A stretch of DNA of 63,701 bases, the filler included, from Lama guanicoe (taxonomy: Eukaryota), in NCBI GenBank assembly GCA_013239625.1. It is 209 parts of 209 records of this genome, joined end to end, with 100 filler letters (N's around TTAATTAATTAA, not from the genome) between each part and the next. Parts side by side here need not be neighbours in the genome. Positions count along the whole stretch, not along the records: positions 1 to 205 come from PNXV01033326.1; positions 306 to 510 come from PNXV01033327.1; positions 611 to 815 come from PNXV01033328.1; positions 916 to 1,120 come from PNXV01033329.1; positions 1,221 to 1,425 come from PNXV01033330.1; positions 1,526 to 1,730 come from PNXV01033331.1; positions 1,831 to 2,035 come from PNXV01033332.1; positions 2,136 to 2,340 come from PNXV01033333.1; 201 more parts are not named here. One strand, given 5' to 3'. Below are positions 1 to 12,100 of this stretch, piece by piece (positions within the stretch are counted from its first letter, which is position 1; every line of letters starts with the position of its first letter). The notes beneath the pieces are model-generated. The model made no database searches. It saw only the letters and a program-made list of their open reading frames with translations, and was not told the DNA's origin. The translations under genes were made by a program, and so were the position numbers.

Positions 1-205
1 TGGAACCTCCCCACGCTCAGAATTCCGGAACAATTCTCAGTGCGTGGGGGATCTCGAGAGACAACTCCAAGCAGCTCTCCTCAGTCACAGGTGTTCCCTG
101 TTTAGGGGAATACCGAGAAATATTTTCCCTGAACTTTGGGAGGCAGCCTCTGACCTTGGGATTTCCTTAAACACCCCCTAGCATTCCCTGGTAGAGAGAT
201 ATTAG

Positions 206-305
206 NNNNNNNNNNNNNNNNNNNNNNNNNNNNNNNNNNNNNNNNNNNNTTAATTAATTAANNNNNNNNNNNNNNNNNNNNNNNNNNNNNNNNNNNNNNN
301 NNNNN
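206..305. other. Artificial contig spacer N44-TTAATTAATTAA-N44 (first of 208 copies, every 305-306 bp across the window)
   Basis: Identical 100-bp unit between every pair of fragments; the palindromic 12-mer gives TAA in all six frames. Confidence 0.99.
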
Positions 306-510
306 AAAAACTGGGCAGCTTCATGTAAAAAAACAAAATCAGAGCATTCTCTAATACTACATGTGAAAATAAACTCAAAATGGATGAGAGACCTAAATGT
401 AAGATCAGAAACTACAAATCTTCTAGGGGAAAATGTGGGCAAAACACTCTTTGACACAAACTGCAGCAATGTACTTTTTGAATCTATCTCTTAAAGCAAA
501 GGAAATAAAA
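306..510 (+). mobile_element. LINE-1 ORF2 fragment (post-RT region), degenerate
   Basis: Encodes KINSKWMRDLNVRSETTNLLGENVGKTLFD, like L1 ORF2 [25 protein letters not shown]. Confidence 0.9.
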
Positions 511-774
511 NNNNNNNNNNNNNNNNNNNNNNNNNNNNNNNNNNNNNNNNNNNNTTAATTAATTAANNNNNNNNNNNNNNNNNNNNNNNNNNNNNNNNNN
601 NNNNNNNNNNCTGGAGCCTTACTTCTGGAACCTCAGCTGGACCTCTGAGTCAAAGACTGTGCTCTCTATACGATACAAGCACTTCTAGAAATTACCAAGA
701 GGACTTCAGCAAAGTACTCTTCCAAAGATCTACAAATTGAGTTTCAATATGGGCGTAAAACTGAATACGGCAGT

Positions 775-815
775 GGGGAAGGTATAGCTCAGTGGTAGAG
801 TGTGTGCTTAGCATG
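775..815 (+). mobile_element. tRNA-derived SINE head (camelid Vic-1 type), cut by contig end
   Basis: GGGGAAGGTATAGCTCAGTGGTAGAGTGTGTGCTTAGCATG with A-box; homologous to 15302-15444. Confidence 0.8.
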
Positions 816-1830
816 NNNNNNNNNNNNNNNNNNNNNNNNNNNNNNNNNNNNNNNNNNNNTTAATTAATTAANNNNNNNNNNNNNNNNNNNNNNNNNNNNN
901 NNNNNNNNNNNNNNNCCTAGTATTCTGTTGAGGGTTTATGTCTATATTTATTAAGATTAGAGTTGCAATTGAACATTTTACCACTGAATAAAATTCTAAG
1001 TCAGAAATCACCATGTTAATACCTTTGGCATATGGTTGAAGCTGATTCAGACTATACAAATAGAATTCACGTAACTATTTAAATCAATCATCGAAAATGT
1101 TTCAGGAGTACCTTTTTCTANNNNNNNNNNNNNNNNNNNNNNNNNNNNNNNNNNNNNNNNNNNNTTAATTAATTAANNNNNNNNNNNNNNNNNNNNNNNN
1201 NNNNNNNNNNNNNNNNNNNNCCTAGTATTCTGTTGAGGGTTTATGTCTATATTTATTAAGATTAGAGTTACAATTGAACATTTTACCACTGAATAAAATT
1301 CTAAGTCAGAAATCGCCATGTTAATACCTTTGGCATATGGTTTAAGCTGATTCAGACTATACAAATAGAATTCACATAACTATTTAAATCAATCATCGAA
1401 AATGTTTCAGGAGTACCTTTTTCTANNNNNNNNNNNNNNNNNNNNNNNNNNNNNNNNNNNNNNNNNNNNTTAATTAATTAANNNNNNNNNNNNNNNNNNN
1501 NNNNNNNNNNNNNNNNNNNNNNNNNAAAACAATATATATATATATTAACTTTATTTATATTAGACATTTATTCTGTTCTTAAAATGAGTAATCTGGTATA
1601 TGGCAAACTGGCGAGGAGAGGAGGAATTGGAAAAGAGAAAAGCTCTATTTGAGAGTTTGTCTGTTTCTATGGTGTGCACATCTCTGTGCTCAGTTTTAAG
1701 CTACTAGCAGTTTAACAGTTCACAACATTTNNNNNNNNNNNNNNNNNNNNNNNNNNNNNNNNNNNNNNNNNNNNTTAATTAATTAANNNNNNNNNNNNNN
1801 NNNNNNNNNNNNNNNNNNNNNNNNNNNNNN

Positions 1831-2035
1831 CAAATCTCGCTTAATGCAAAACCCCATTGCAGTAGACCCTGTACCAATCGTGGTAGTTCCTTTAAATACA
1901 GTATGCCTTACCATTGTTCAACAAGTGTCTGAATAATTTTAACGGTCCTCTGTCTATCCGAAGCCTCCTATTCTTCTAGAGCCCCGATATGTACGTAATT
2001 AAATTTTATTTCCTCCTGTTAATCTGTCTCATGTC
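1831..2035 (+). mobile_element. Probable ERV1 LTR fragment
   Basis: 3' end TTTTATTTCCTCCTGTTAATCTGTCTCATGTC resembles ERV1 LTR R/U5. Confidence 0.45.
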
Positions 2036-3050
2036 NNNNNNNNNNNNNNNNNNNNNNNNNNNNNNNNNNNNNNNNNNNNTTAATTAATTAANNNNNNNNN
2101 NNNNNNNNNNNNNNNNNNNNNNNNNNNNNNNNNNNTTGTCTTGACCTTGTTCAAAGACCCTTGGAAGAAGCAATCTGAGAGAAAGCAATTATGTTAAGAC
2201 CTGGTTTTCATTTCACATGGTTGGGTTAAATTAATCAGATGGGTCTTTATTCTTTGAGTTTTTATTATGAAATAAAGTAACTTTATTTAGTATTGTCTTG
2301 ATAAATACTAATCTTGTGGTTTTTTTCAACAACTTCCCCANNNNNNNNNNNNNNNNNNNNNNNNNNNNNNNNNNNNNNNNNNNNTTAATTAATTAANNNN
2401 NNNNNNNNNNNNNNNNNNNNNNNNNNNNNNNNNNNNNNNNTGCCCATGCGAGCTCTTTTGCTCAGTTCTTTGGAAACTAACAGCCAGAGTTTTAGTAACA
2501 GCTGTTTTGAGTTAGAAGCACAGTTTTAGGACACTTCATGAACTGGACTGCATACACAGAGCCTGAAATCCCTGGTCCTGACACCATTAGCCCGACATCA
2601 TGTAGGAAGTGCTAAGCATTCAGACCCAAGAACACAGATTCCTGANNNNNNNNNNNNNNNNNNNNNNNNNNNNNNNNNNNNNNNNNNNNTTAATTAATTA
2701 ANNNNNNNNNNNNNNNNNNNNNNNNNNNNNNNNNNNNNNNNNNNNAAAATTCCACTTAATGCTCACAACAATCATTCAAGGTAGGGACAATAAACTTCAT
2801 ACAACAGATAACGAACAGGAGGTGCAGAGTTCAGCAACTTTCCCATGGCCACATTCCTGAGCAAGACCAGTTTCTCACAATGCAGACGCATGGGTCTTGG
2901 CCATTCATGCACTCCCACATTCACGCAAAGTCTACACGATGTTCCATGGANNNNNNNNNNNNNNNNNNNNNNNNNNNNNNNNNNNNNNNNNNNNTTAATT
3001 AATTAANNNNNNNNNNNNNNNNNNNNNNNNNNNNNNNNNNNNNNNNNNNN

Positions 3051-3255
3051 AAGAATAATTGTTGTCCCAAAAGGAGAAGAGACAGGAAGGGCGCAGAGAA
3101 ATTATTTTTTAAAATAATAGCTGAGAATTTCCCAACCAGAGAGGGTACTGGACGTACAAATCCAAGAAGTTAATCAAGGATCCTATTATCTCAATGCAAA
3201 TAGGCCTTCTCCAAGACATATTATAATCAAATTGTCAAAAATTAATGATAAAGAA
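3051..3255 (+). mobile_element. LINE-1 ORF1 fragment
   Basis: IIAENFP, VQIQEV and SPRHIIIKLSKINDKE motifs of L1 ORF1p. Confidence 0.85.
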
Positions 3256-3965
3256 NNNNNNNNNNNNNNNNNNNNNNNNNNNNNNNNNNNNNNNNNNNNT
3301 TAATTAATTAANNNNNNNNNNNNNNNNNNNNNNNNNNNNNNNNNNNNNNNNNNNNGAGTTAAATCTGATAGGATTTAGGCTTGTGTTGAGATCTGCATGT
3401 TCACTTAACTAGAAACGTCCTGTCATTTCGACTTCCATAGGGGTTTTTATTCTTCAAAATGATTGCTTTATTGGTGAGAGGAAATTTAATACCGCTGTTG
3501 ACTTTCTCAAGAAAAATCATATCTTTTAAGAACTTTAATATTCAAAAGAATAGGAATATANNNNNNNNNNNNNNNNNNNNNNNNNNNNNNNNNNNNNNNN
3601 NNNNTTAATTAATTAANNNNNNNNNNNNNNNNNNNNNNNNNNNNNNNNNNNNNNNNNNNNATTTAAATACTTTTTAAATATTCAGAAAACTAGTAGACAC
3701 AGTAGTGTGGTTTTTTCATTATATATATGTAGAGAATGTGCATGACTTGATTCTGAAGGATCAAACATAAAATTTCATCAGTTTTAAGGGCCATATTTTG
3801 ATAAATCACATGCTAGTCTTAAAAATATATATTTTTATTATTTTACTTGTGTTTAGTGCAAATCANNNNNNNNNNNNNNNNNNNNNNNNNNNNNNNNNNN
3901 NNNNNNNNNTTAATTAATTAANNNNNNNNNNNNNNNNNNNNNNNNNNNNNNNNNNNNNNNNNNNN

Positions 3966-4170
3966 AAGAATAATTGTTGTCCCAAAAGGAGAAGAGACAG
4001 GAAGGGCGCAGAGAGATTATTTTTTAAAATAATAGCTGAGAATTTCCCAACCAGAGAGTGTACTGGACATACAAATCCAAGAAGTTAATCAAGGAGCCTA
4101 TTATCTCAATGCAAATAGGCATTCTCCAAGACATATTATAATCAAATTGTCAAAAATTAATGATAAAGAA
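3966..4170 (+). mobile_element. LINE-1 ORF1 fragment, alternate version of 3051-3255
   Basis: Same sequence with 5 substitutions. Confidence 0.85.
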
Positions 4171-4270
4171 NNNNNNNNNNNNNNNNNNNNNNNNNNNNNN
4201 NNNNNNNNNNNNNNTTAATTAATTAANNNNNNNNNNNNNNNNNNNNNNNNNNNNNNNNNNNNNNNNNNNN

Positions 4271-4475
4271 AATGCAAAAATATCTGTGTTTTGTTCTAAG
4301 TGGAAAGGGAAGTCCCTGGAGGGTTTTAAACAGGACGGGCATGATTAATACACATTTTTTCAGATTCCTCTGGCTTCTCTGAGGAGATCAGGTGCACAGG
4401 CCAACAGAATGAGGAACACCTAGTGCAGAGGTGACTGCTTCAGTCCAAGCAAGCCAGGATGATACCTGGACTGGA
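4271..4475 (-). mobile_element. Probable LINE-2 fragment
   Basis: GGGAAGTCCCTGGAGGGTTTTAAACAGG...AGATTCCTCTGGCT resembles the reverse complement of the L2 3' region. Confidence 0.55.
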
Positions 4476-4639
4476 NNNNNNNNNNNNNNNNNNNNNNNNN
4501 NNNNNNNNNNNNNNNNNNNTTAATTAATTAANNNNNNNNNNNNNNNNNNNNNNNNNNNNNNNNNNNNNNNNNNNNGTTACCTCCTAAGAAGGGAGGAGAG
4601 GACCATAAATGGACTTTGGGATAACTAAAGGTGATTAAG

Positions 4640-4780
4640 GACATGAGAAAGGAAGAGATGGAGAAACAGAGAGGCAGTCCAGGAGGGAGGGAGGGGCGGA
4701 GGGAGAGGGGACACGGAAGGAGAAGGAAACAGACAGAAGGGAGGAGGGGAGGAAGGGAGCAGGCAGGGAGGGGAGGAGGG
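4640..4780. repeat. Purine-rich (GGA/GGGA) low-complexity tract
   Basis: Almost entirely G/A on the + strand. Confidence 0.85.
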
Positions 4781-4881
4781 NNNNNNNNNNNNNNNNNNNN
4801 NNNNNNNNNNNNNNNNNNNNNNNNTTAATTAATTAANNNNNNNNNNNNNNNNNNNNNNNNNNNNNNNNNNNNNNNNNNNNT

Positions 4882-5085
<204 letters not shown>

Positions 5086-5269
5086 NNNNNNNNNNNNNNN
5101 NNNNNNNNNNNNNNNNNNNNNNNNNNNNNTTAATTAATTAANNNNNNNNNNNNNNNNNNNNNNNNNNNNNNNNNNNNNNNNNNNNCAAAATCTTTGGTTC
5201 TATTACTCTTTTGCATAGTTTTTTATTCTCTATATTTTATATTTACCCCTGTAATATTTAGGATAATTT

Positions 5270-5390
5270 TTTTCATTTTTTAACTTTTTTTATTGATTTA
5301 CAGTCATTTTACGAAGATGTCTCCAATTCCAGAGTAGAGCAAAATTTTTCATTTAAAATGAACATATGTGCATTTGTTGTCCCATTTTAT
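5270..5390 (-). mobile_element. LINE-1 3' end with poly(A) on the minus strand
   Basis: T-run followed by ATTGATTTACAGTCATTTTAC...CAATTCCAG, typical of a reversed L1 3' terminus. Confidence 0.6.
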
Positions 5391-5490
5391 NNNNNNNNNN
5401 NNNNNNNNNNNNNNNNNNNNNNNNNNNNNNNNNNTTAATTAATTAANNNNNNNNNNNNNNNNNNNNNNNNNNNNNNNNNNNNNNNNNNNN

Positions 5491-5695
5491 CATATTCTTT
5501 TTCATGCATTAGGACACTTTTAACTTATGTTTTTAGGCTTCATCCACATTGTGGCATTTAGCTGTAGTTCGTTCATCTTCTTTGCTGTATAGCATTCCAA
5601 ATGGTTGCACAACAATATACAGTTTATCTATCAATTTTACTATTCATGGACATTTGGGTTGTTTCCAGTCTGGGACTATTTTGAATAATGAAATG
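5491..5695 (-). mobile_element. Old LINE-1 (L1M) 3' region
   Basis: GGACATTTGGGTTGTTTCCAG and TTCATCCACATTGT motifs. Confidence 0.8.
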
Positions 5696-6100
5696 NNNNN
5701 NNNNNNNNNNNNNNNNNNNNNNNNNNNNNNNNNNNNNNNTTAATTAATTAANNNNNNNNNNNNNNNNNNNNNNNNNNNNNNNNNNNNNNNNNNNNTCCTC
5801 CGACGTCTTACATTCTTAGCTCTGCTGGTTCTATTCCTAGTTTTTTTTCCAAAGTCCATCTTCTGGCTGAATCAAGTTCTTTCCTCGGCTTGGGAAAGCA
5901 CTCGCTGTCTTGTTCACTGTCAGCATGGGGCAGTGTCACCTGCCAAACTCCGACCAGCACGATGACAGTGTGGCGTGAAGAAATGCCTCAATCGAAGGGC
6001 NNNNNNNNNNNNNNNNNNNNNNNNNNNNNNNNNNNNNNNNNNNNTTAATTAATTAANNNNNNNNNNNNNNNNNNNNNNNNNNNNNNNNNNNNNNNNNNNN

Positions 6101-6275
6101 CTCAGGCCCTTTCTTATAAAAAACTCTAAGAATCTGCCCTCGGTGCACACAGACATCGCTCGTTCTGCCCGCTGTTGCCTGTAGCAACATATCTAATAAA
6201 CTTTTCTTTCACTCTTCCTGGTTTCTGGTCAATTCTTTTACCGCCCGCAGTACCAGCCTGCCTTGTTGCACAACA
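6101..6275 (+). mobile_element. ERV LTR 3' part (TATA, polyA signal, CA end); probably solo
   Basis: TTATAAAA near 6114, AATAAA at 6195, ends ...CAACA; no PBS follows. Confidence 0.65.
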
Positions 6276-6405
6276 GTGTGTGTTTTGCTGGGGAGCCTGG
6301 CTCTANNNNNNNNNNNNNNNNNNNNNNNNNNNNNNNNNNNNNNNNNNNNTTAATTAATTAANNNNNNNNNNNNNNNNNNNNNNNNNNNNNNNNNNNNNNN
6401 NNNNN

Positions 6406-6580
6406 CTCAGGCCCTTTCTTATAAAAAACTCTAAGAATCTGCCCTCGGTGCACATAGACATCGCTCATTCTGCCCGCTGTTGCCTGTAGCAACGTATCTA
6501 ATAAACTTTTCTTTCACTTTTCCTGGTTTCTGGTCAATTCTTTTACCGCCCACAGTACCAACCTGCCTTGTTGCACAACA
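6406..6580 (+). mobile_element. ERV LTR 3' part, alternate version of 6101-6275
   Basis: 6 substitutions relative to the 6101 fragment. Confidence 0.65.
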
Positions 6581-7320
6581 GTGTGTGTTTTGCTGGGGAG
6601 CCTGGCTCTANNNNNNNNNNNNNNNNNNNNNNNNNNNNNNNNNNNNNNNNNNNNTTAATTAATTAANNNNNNNNNNNNNNNNNNNNNNNNNNNNNNNNNN
6701 NNNNNNNNNNAAAAATTCTCTAACCTTCAAACTGTAAGCCACAAAGGAAAACAAGACAGGCATAGGTGAATGTGTTGCACAGGGATTCCTGTCCCTTAGT
6801 AAAAGCCACCCTTCTGGCACACTTCCCCAGCACCGAGGCTGGATGCCTGCAAACTGCACTTTCCACGCCCCCACGCTCGCTGGCCGACTTCGAACTAGGC
6901 TCTGCTATCAGGAAGNNNNNNNNNNNNNNNNNNNNNNNNNNNNNNNNNNNNNNNNNNNNTTAATTAATTAANNNNNNNNNNNNNNNNNNNNNNNNNNNNN
7001 NNNNNNNNNNNNNNNAGCTCTGCCAGCTAGTTTGGACTTGGCATGAGTGAGACGTAGCCTTTGTTGGGTTAGATTTCAAGGTGTATTTGTAACTGCAGTG
7101 GTCTAGCTTACCCTAAATAATATATAAATGAAGAAAAACAGGAGAACATTTTCTTGTTTTATACAGATAACAATGGTTGTAAATCTGTTTCAAATGAACA
7201 CCATGAAGAATGAGTTATTTNNNNNNNNNNNNNNNNNNNNNNNNNNNNNNNNNNNNNNNNNNNNTTAATTAATTAANNNNNNNNNNNNNNNNNNNNNNNN
7301 NNNNNNNNNNNNNNNNNNNN

Positions 7321-7525
7321 AGGGGTACTATCAGTTACTCTCAGTGACGATCAGAGGAAAATTTCCTCATGATTCTAGCAGAAGAACAAAAATAACCATT
7401 TTAAAATAAGCCCAGAATATTTTATTCTCCTTAACAGCACCTGTCCTTAAGCGAAACTTTCACCAGGGCCTAACAGACTGGGATTTAACCAGGGCTTAAC
7501 TGACCTAAGGGAAGGGAAATACTCA
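7321..7525 (+). mobile_element. Probable ancient L1M 5' region
   Basis: TTCTCCTTAACA...CCAGGGCCTAAC...GGGAAGGGAAATAC resembles old L1 5' UTR sequence. Confidence 0.5.
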
Positions 7526-7625
7526 NNNNNNNNNNNNNNNNNNNNNNNNNNNNNNNNNNNNNNNNNNNNTTAATTAATTAANNNNNNNNNNNNNNNNNNN
7601 NNNNNNNNNNNNNNNNNNNNNNNNN

Positions 7626-7830
7626 GAATGACTCCCATTAGAGAGAGAGAGGAGAGAGAAAGAAGAATAGGTATGGACAAAGAAGTGGAGCAACTGCAAA
7701 CTTCATGCATGGCAGTGGAAATATAAAGTGATATAGTTGCTGTAGAGATCAGTATGGCAGTTTCCAAAACAAAATGAAAATTAAAGTTCCACTTCTGGGT
7801 ATATACCCAAAGAAATTAAATGTGTGGTCT
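7626..7830 (+). mobile_element. Old LINE-1 ORF2 3' fragment
   Basis: GTGGAGCAACTG...CAGTATGGCAGTTTCC...CCACTTCTGGGTATATACCCAAAAGAA. Confidence 0.8.
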
Positions 7831-9455
7831 NNNNNNNNNNNNNNNNNNNNNNNNNNNNNNNNNNNNNNNNNNNNTTAATTAATTAANNNNNNNNNNNNNN
7901 NNNNNNNNNNNNNNNNNNNNNNNNNNNNNNAAGACAGGATCAGTGAACTGGGACATCTAAACCAAAACATGGAAAGAAAGACAGAAAAGAAGAACCAGGA
8001 AAAGAGCATTGAAAACACACGGCACTCGTGTAACAGAGGCTACAGGGATGTACTGTGCAACATGGGGGATATAGCCAATATTTTGTCATAACTGTAAACA
8101 GAGTGTAACCTTTAAAAGTTGAATTAAAAAATTAANNNNNNNNNNNNNNNNNNNNNNNNNNNNNNNNNNNNNNNNNNNNTTAATTAATTAANNNNNNNNN
8201 NNNNNNNNNNNNNNNNNNNNNNNNNNNNNNNNNNNGGAAGAGTTATTTTTTAAAAAGTAATAATATCACCGCTCTCCTCAGTGAGTGACAGTTCCAAAGG
8301 CTGTCTAATGACTAAGCAAAGGTTAAAGCACTGAGCAAAGGAAAAACATGCAGTTTCTCCAAGTTTCTTTTTCTAAGAAAGCAAACAGTGTTCCTGATCT
8401 TTATGTTGCATGTAATGCTTGGAGGCATTAGATTCTTCAANNNNNNNNNNNNNNNNNNNNNNNNNNNNNNNNNNNNNNNNNNNNTTAATTAATTAANNNN
8501 NNNNNNNNNNNNNNNNNNNNNNNNNNNNNNNNNNNNNNNNCCTGGGAAGCAGGTGGCCGGGACGCCCCGTGAACGGGCCTCAGGTTAGCGGGCGGCAGAC
8601 CCATCCGGGCACAGCCACCTCCGGGCGCCCAGCGTGGAGGCTGGCCCTTACGTAGTAACCGCCGGGTGGGGTGGGGCTGGTCACGGCACGGCGGGCGCAG
8701 GTGAAGTGGGGCAGCACCAGCCAGGGCGGGAGGTGTCAGCTACCANNNNNNNNNNNNNNNNNNNNNNNNNNNNNNNNNNNNNNNNNNNNTTAATTAATTA
8801 ANNNNNNNNNNNNNNNNNNNNNNNNNNNNNNNNNNNNNNNNNNNNCTAGATCAAGCATTGAGAGTAATAATACAAAATCTAAATGAGATGAATCAATTAT
8901 AACTCAAGCAATTATTTTCTCGGGAACTGTTCTATTAAATTTTAAACCCATTAGAAGAGGAAGGTGGTGTTACTTTCTGAAGGACAAGTGTGAACGGACA
9001 TCTCTGCCTTTCTCCTGGTCTCTCCTAATGGCCCTGAGATAAAACAAGACNNNNNNNNNNNNNNNNNNNNNNNNNNNNNNNNNNNNNNNNNNNNTTAATT
9101 AATTAANNNNNNNNNNNNNNNNNNNNNNNNNNNNNNNNNNNNNNNNNNNNTTACTTCAAGGTGGTAGAAATTGTTTTCTTTTCTTCTTATAGCAGAATGC
9201 AGTTAGTTCTTTCAGGGAAGCAACAGTTTCAGTCATATAAATAGTTTTTACCTCGATACTTTAACTCAGTACAAAGAAGACTGACCACATCTGGGTCCAT
9301 CCTTCACCTTTCTCAATTTTGTTTATACAAAACAACTGTGGTATAAATCTAGAGANNNNNNNNNNNNNNNNNNNNNNNNNNNNNNNNNNNNNNNNNNNNT
9401 TAATTAATTAANNNNNNNNNNNNNNNNNNNNNNNNNNNNNNNNNNNNNNNNNNNN

Positions 9456-9660
9456 CTACCAAAAAACAATGGGTTAACAATGAAACCACAGAAGGAATTA
9501 AAAATACCTTGAGACAAATGACAATGAAAGCACAACTGCACAAAATCTAAGCAAAAGCAATCCAAAGAGGGAAGTTCACAGTGATACAGGCCTTCCTTAA
9601 AAAAGAATAATAATCTCAAATAAACAACCTAACCTACCACCTAAAAGAATTAGAAAAAGA
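9456..9660 (+). mobile_element. LINE-1 ORF2 fragment downstream of the endonuclease
   Basis: KKYLETNDNESTTAQNL and RGKFTVIQAFLKKE motifs. Confidence 0.9.
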
Positions 9661-10675
9661 NNNNNNNNNNNNNNNNNNNNNNNNNNNNNNNNNNNNNNNN
9701 NNNNTTAATTAATTAANNNNNNNNNNNNNNNNNNNNNNNNNNNNNNNNNNNNNNNNNNNNATTCCATCATCGTGAATTATTTACCTGGACACTTGTATAA
9801 AGAGAAATTTCCCCTACGTAGTAAATATTGTACACTTAGTGGTACAGCCTGCAGTTTAATGAGCTAATCCCTCAGCATTCTCTGTCATCACCAATTAGTT
9901 TCTTTGCCTTTTCTTTCTTTTTTTCCTGTGCTCATATGAAATCAAGGTTTCAATCACACTGAAGTNNNNNNNNNNNNNNNNNNNNNNNNNNNNNNNNNNN
10001 NNNNNNNNNTTAATTAATTAANNNNNNNNNNNNNNNNNNNNNNNNNNNNNNNNNNNNNNNNNNNNTAGCTAAGCACGGAGCTCTACAGTTTAACCCTCAT
10101 TAAAGCTGGGGAGCGCAGCAATATCCTCTCTTTAACATGAGGGAGCCTGACGGGGATTCATGGCTGAACAGAAGGCCAAAGGAATGCCTTCAAGAAGTCT
10201 TACATCTGCTCCAGTGCAGATAAAAGGGTGGTCAAGGCCCAGAAGTCTACTCCATAGAGAAAGGCAAAACNNNNNNNNNNNNNNNNNNNNNNNNNNNNNN
10301 NNNNNNNNNNNNNNTTAATTAATTAANNNNNNNNNNNNNNNNNNNNNNNNNNNNNNNNNNNNNNNNNNNNCAAGGCAAAAAACTGACATGTAGTTTGATA
10401 ACATCAGTCTTTGCTCTTAAGACTGAACTGAACCAACCCACCTGATCACTTCTCCCCAGCCCCCAGCCCCCAGTGACCTGCCTCAGAGAACGAGACACAC
10501 CCCACGGCTCTGACGCACCTGCTTCCACCACCGGCCTCAGCTCAAAGTAGACTGGGCAGCAGCGGACAGCCAGCGNNNNNNNNNNNNNNNNNNNNNNNNN
10601 NNNNNNNNNNNNNNNNNNNTTAATTAATTAANNNNNNNNNNNNNNNNNNNNNNNNNNNNNNNNNNNNNNNNNNNN

Positions 10676-10880
10676 AACTGAATAAGAATATACATAATTG
10701 AATAAGAATATATATATAACTGAGTAAGAATATATATATAACTGAATAAGACTACATATAACTGAATAATATATATATAACTGAATATATATAACAATGA
10801 ATTTTATATATAACTGAAAAATATGTAACTGAAGAATATATGTAACTGAATAAGAATATATATATAACTGAATAAGAATA
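10676..10880. repeat. AT-rich minisatellite, unit ~20-24 bp AACTGAATAAGAA(TA)n
   Basis: About ten tandem copies fill the contig. Confidence 0.92.
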
Positions 10881-10980
10881 NNNNNNNNNNNNNNNNNNNN
10901 NNNNNNNNNNNNNNNNNNNNNNNNTTAATTAATTAANNNNNNNNNNNNNNNNNNNNNNNNNNNNNNNNNNNNNNNNNNNN

Positions 10981-11185
10981 GTTACTGAACTCACTTATCA
11001 GTTCTAGAAGTTTTTTGTAGATTTTTTTTGGATTATCTCCATCTACATAGATACTCATGTCACCTGTAATAGCAATAATTTTATTTTACTTCTTCCATTA
11101 GAACTGGTGTGACTTTTCCTTGCCTTTTGCAGCATCGATAATTTCCAGTACTATAAAGAATAAGCATTATGAGAGTAAACATCCT
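10981..11185 (-). mobile_element. Old LINE-1 ORF2 fragment
   Basis: ACTCACTTATCAGTTCTAGAAGTTTTTTGTAGATT, typical reversed L1 RT region. Confidence 0.75.
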
Positions 11186-11895
11186 NNNNNNNNNNNNNNN
11201 NNNNNNNNNNNNNNNNNNNNNNNNNNNNNTTAATTAATTAANNNNNNNNNNNNNNNNNNNNNNNNNNNNNNNNNNNNNNNNNNNNAGTATTCCAGCTTCC
11301 CAGAAACATTGGCAGTGATTTGAAATTTTTTTTTTAAGCTGGAGAAGCAGCAAGACAGAACCGGACCATGACCCCGGGGGTCTCTGTTGCTTGTTCCCCG
11401 AATCCGCTCCATTCGACCAGTGCGAGGAGCGTCGGTACACAGGTCTGAGGGAAGGACTCTTACGAACAGTTCTTCCCAGTGTCCCGCGGANNNNNNNNNN
11501 NNNNNNNNNNNNNNNNNNNNNNNNNNNNNNNNNNTTAATTAATTAANNNNNNNNNNNNNNNNNNNNNNNNNNNNNNNNNNNNNNNNNNNNCTCATGGTAT
11601 TATGGGGTAAAGGTTTTGAAAGCAGATGAAGTGGATGACAGCCATGGAATGTAGGGTGAAATCCTGATAGTGTAGAAATCATGCTGAGTGGTAGATAGAA
11701 AGAGCCCTTGAGACAGGCATCACCTAGGTACTGGAAAGTGAACAGCTGAGTAGGCAGAGGGAAAAATAGTCTCTGAGGATGCTAAAGCTATCTCCNNNNN
11801 NNNNNNNNNNNNNNNNNNNNNNNNNNNNNNNNNNNNNNNTTAATTAATTAANNNNNNNNNNNNNNNNNNNNNNNNNNNNNNNNNNNNNNNNNNNN

Positions 11896-12100
11896 ATACT
11901 GAATATAGAATTTATAATATACAATGTATAACACAGAATATAGAGTATAGAATAACTAAAACACAATATAGATTGCAAAATATACAATTAAAAACACACA
12001 ATTTAGAATATAGAATAGAGAATATAGAACAAAGGATTTAGAACATGGAATTCAGAACACAGAATATAGATTATAGAATACAGAATACTGAATATAGAAT
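11896..12100 (+). repeat. Degenerate 7-bp satellite (TATAGAA/ACAGAAT)n
   Basis: 7-nt periodicity throughout; same family in reverse orientation at 34466-34670. Confidence 0.92.

Noticed and set aside
916..1425. Tandem duplication encoding two 63-aa proteins
   Set aside because: Bubble arms of one locus; the ORFs have no recognisable homology and run into Ns.
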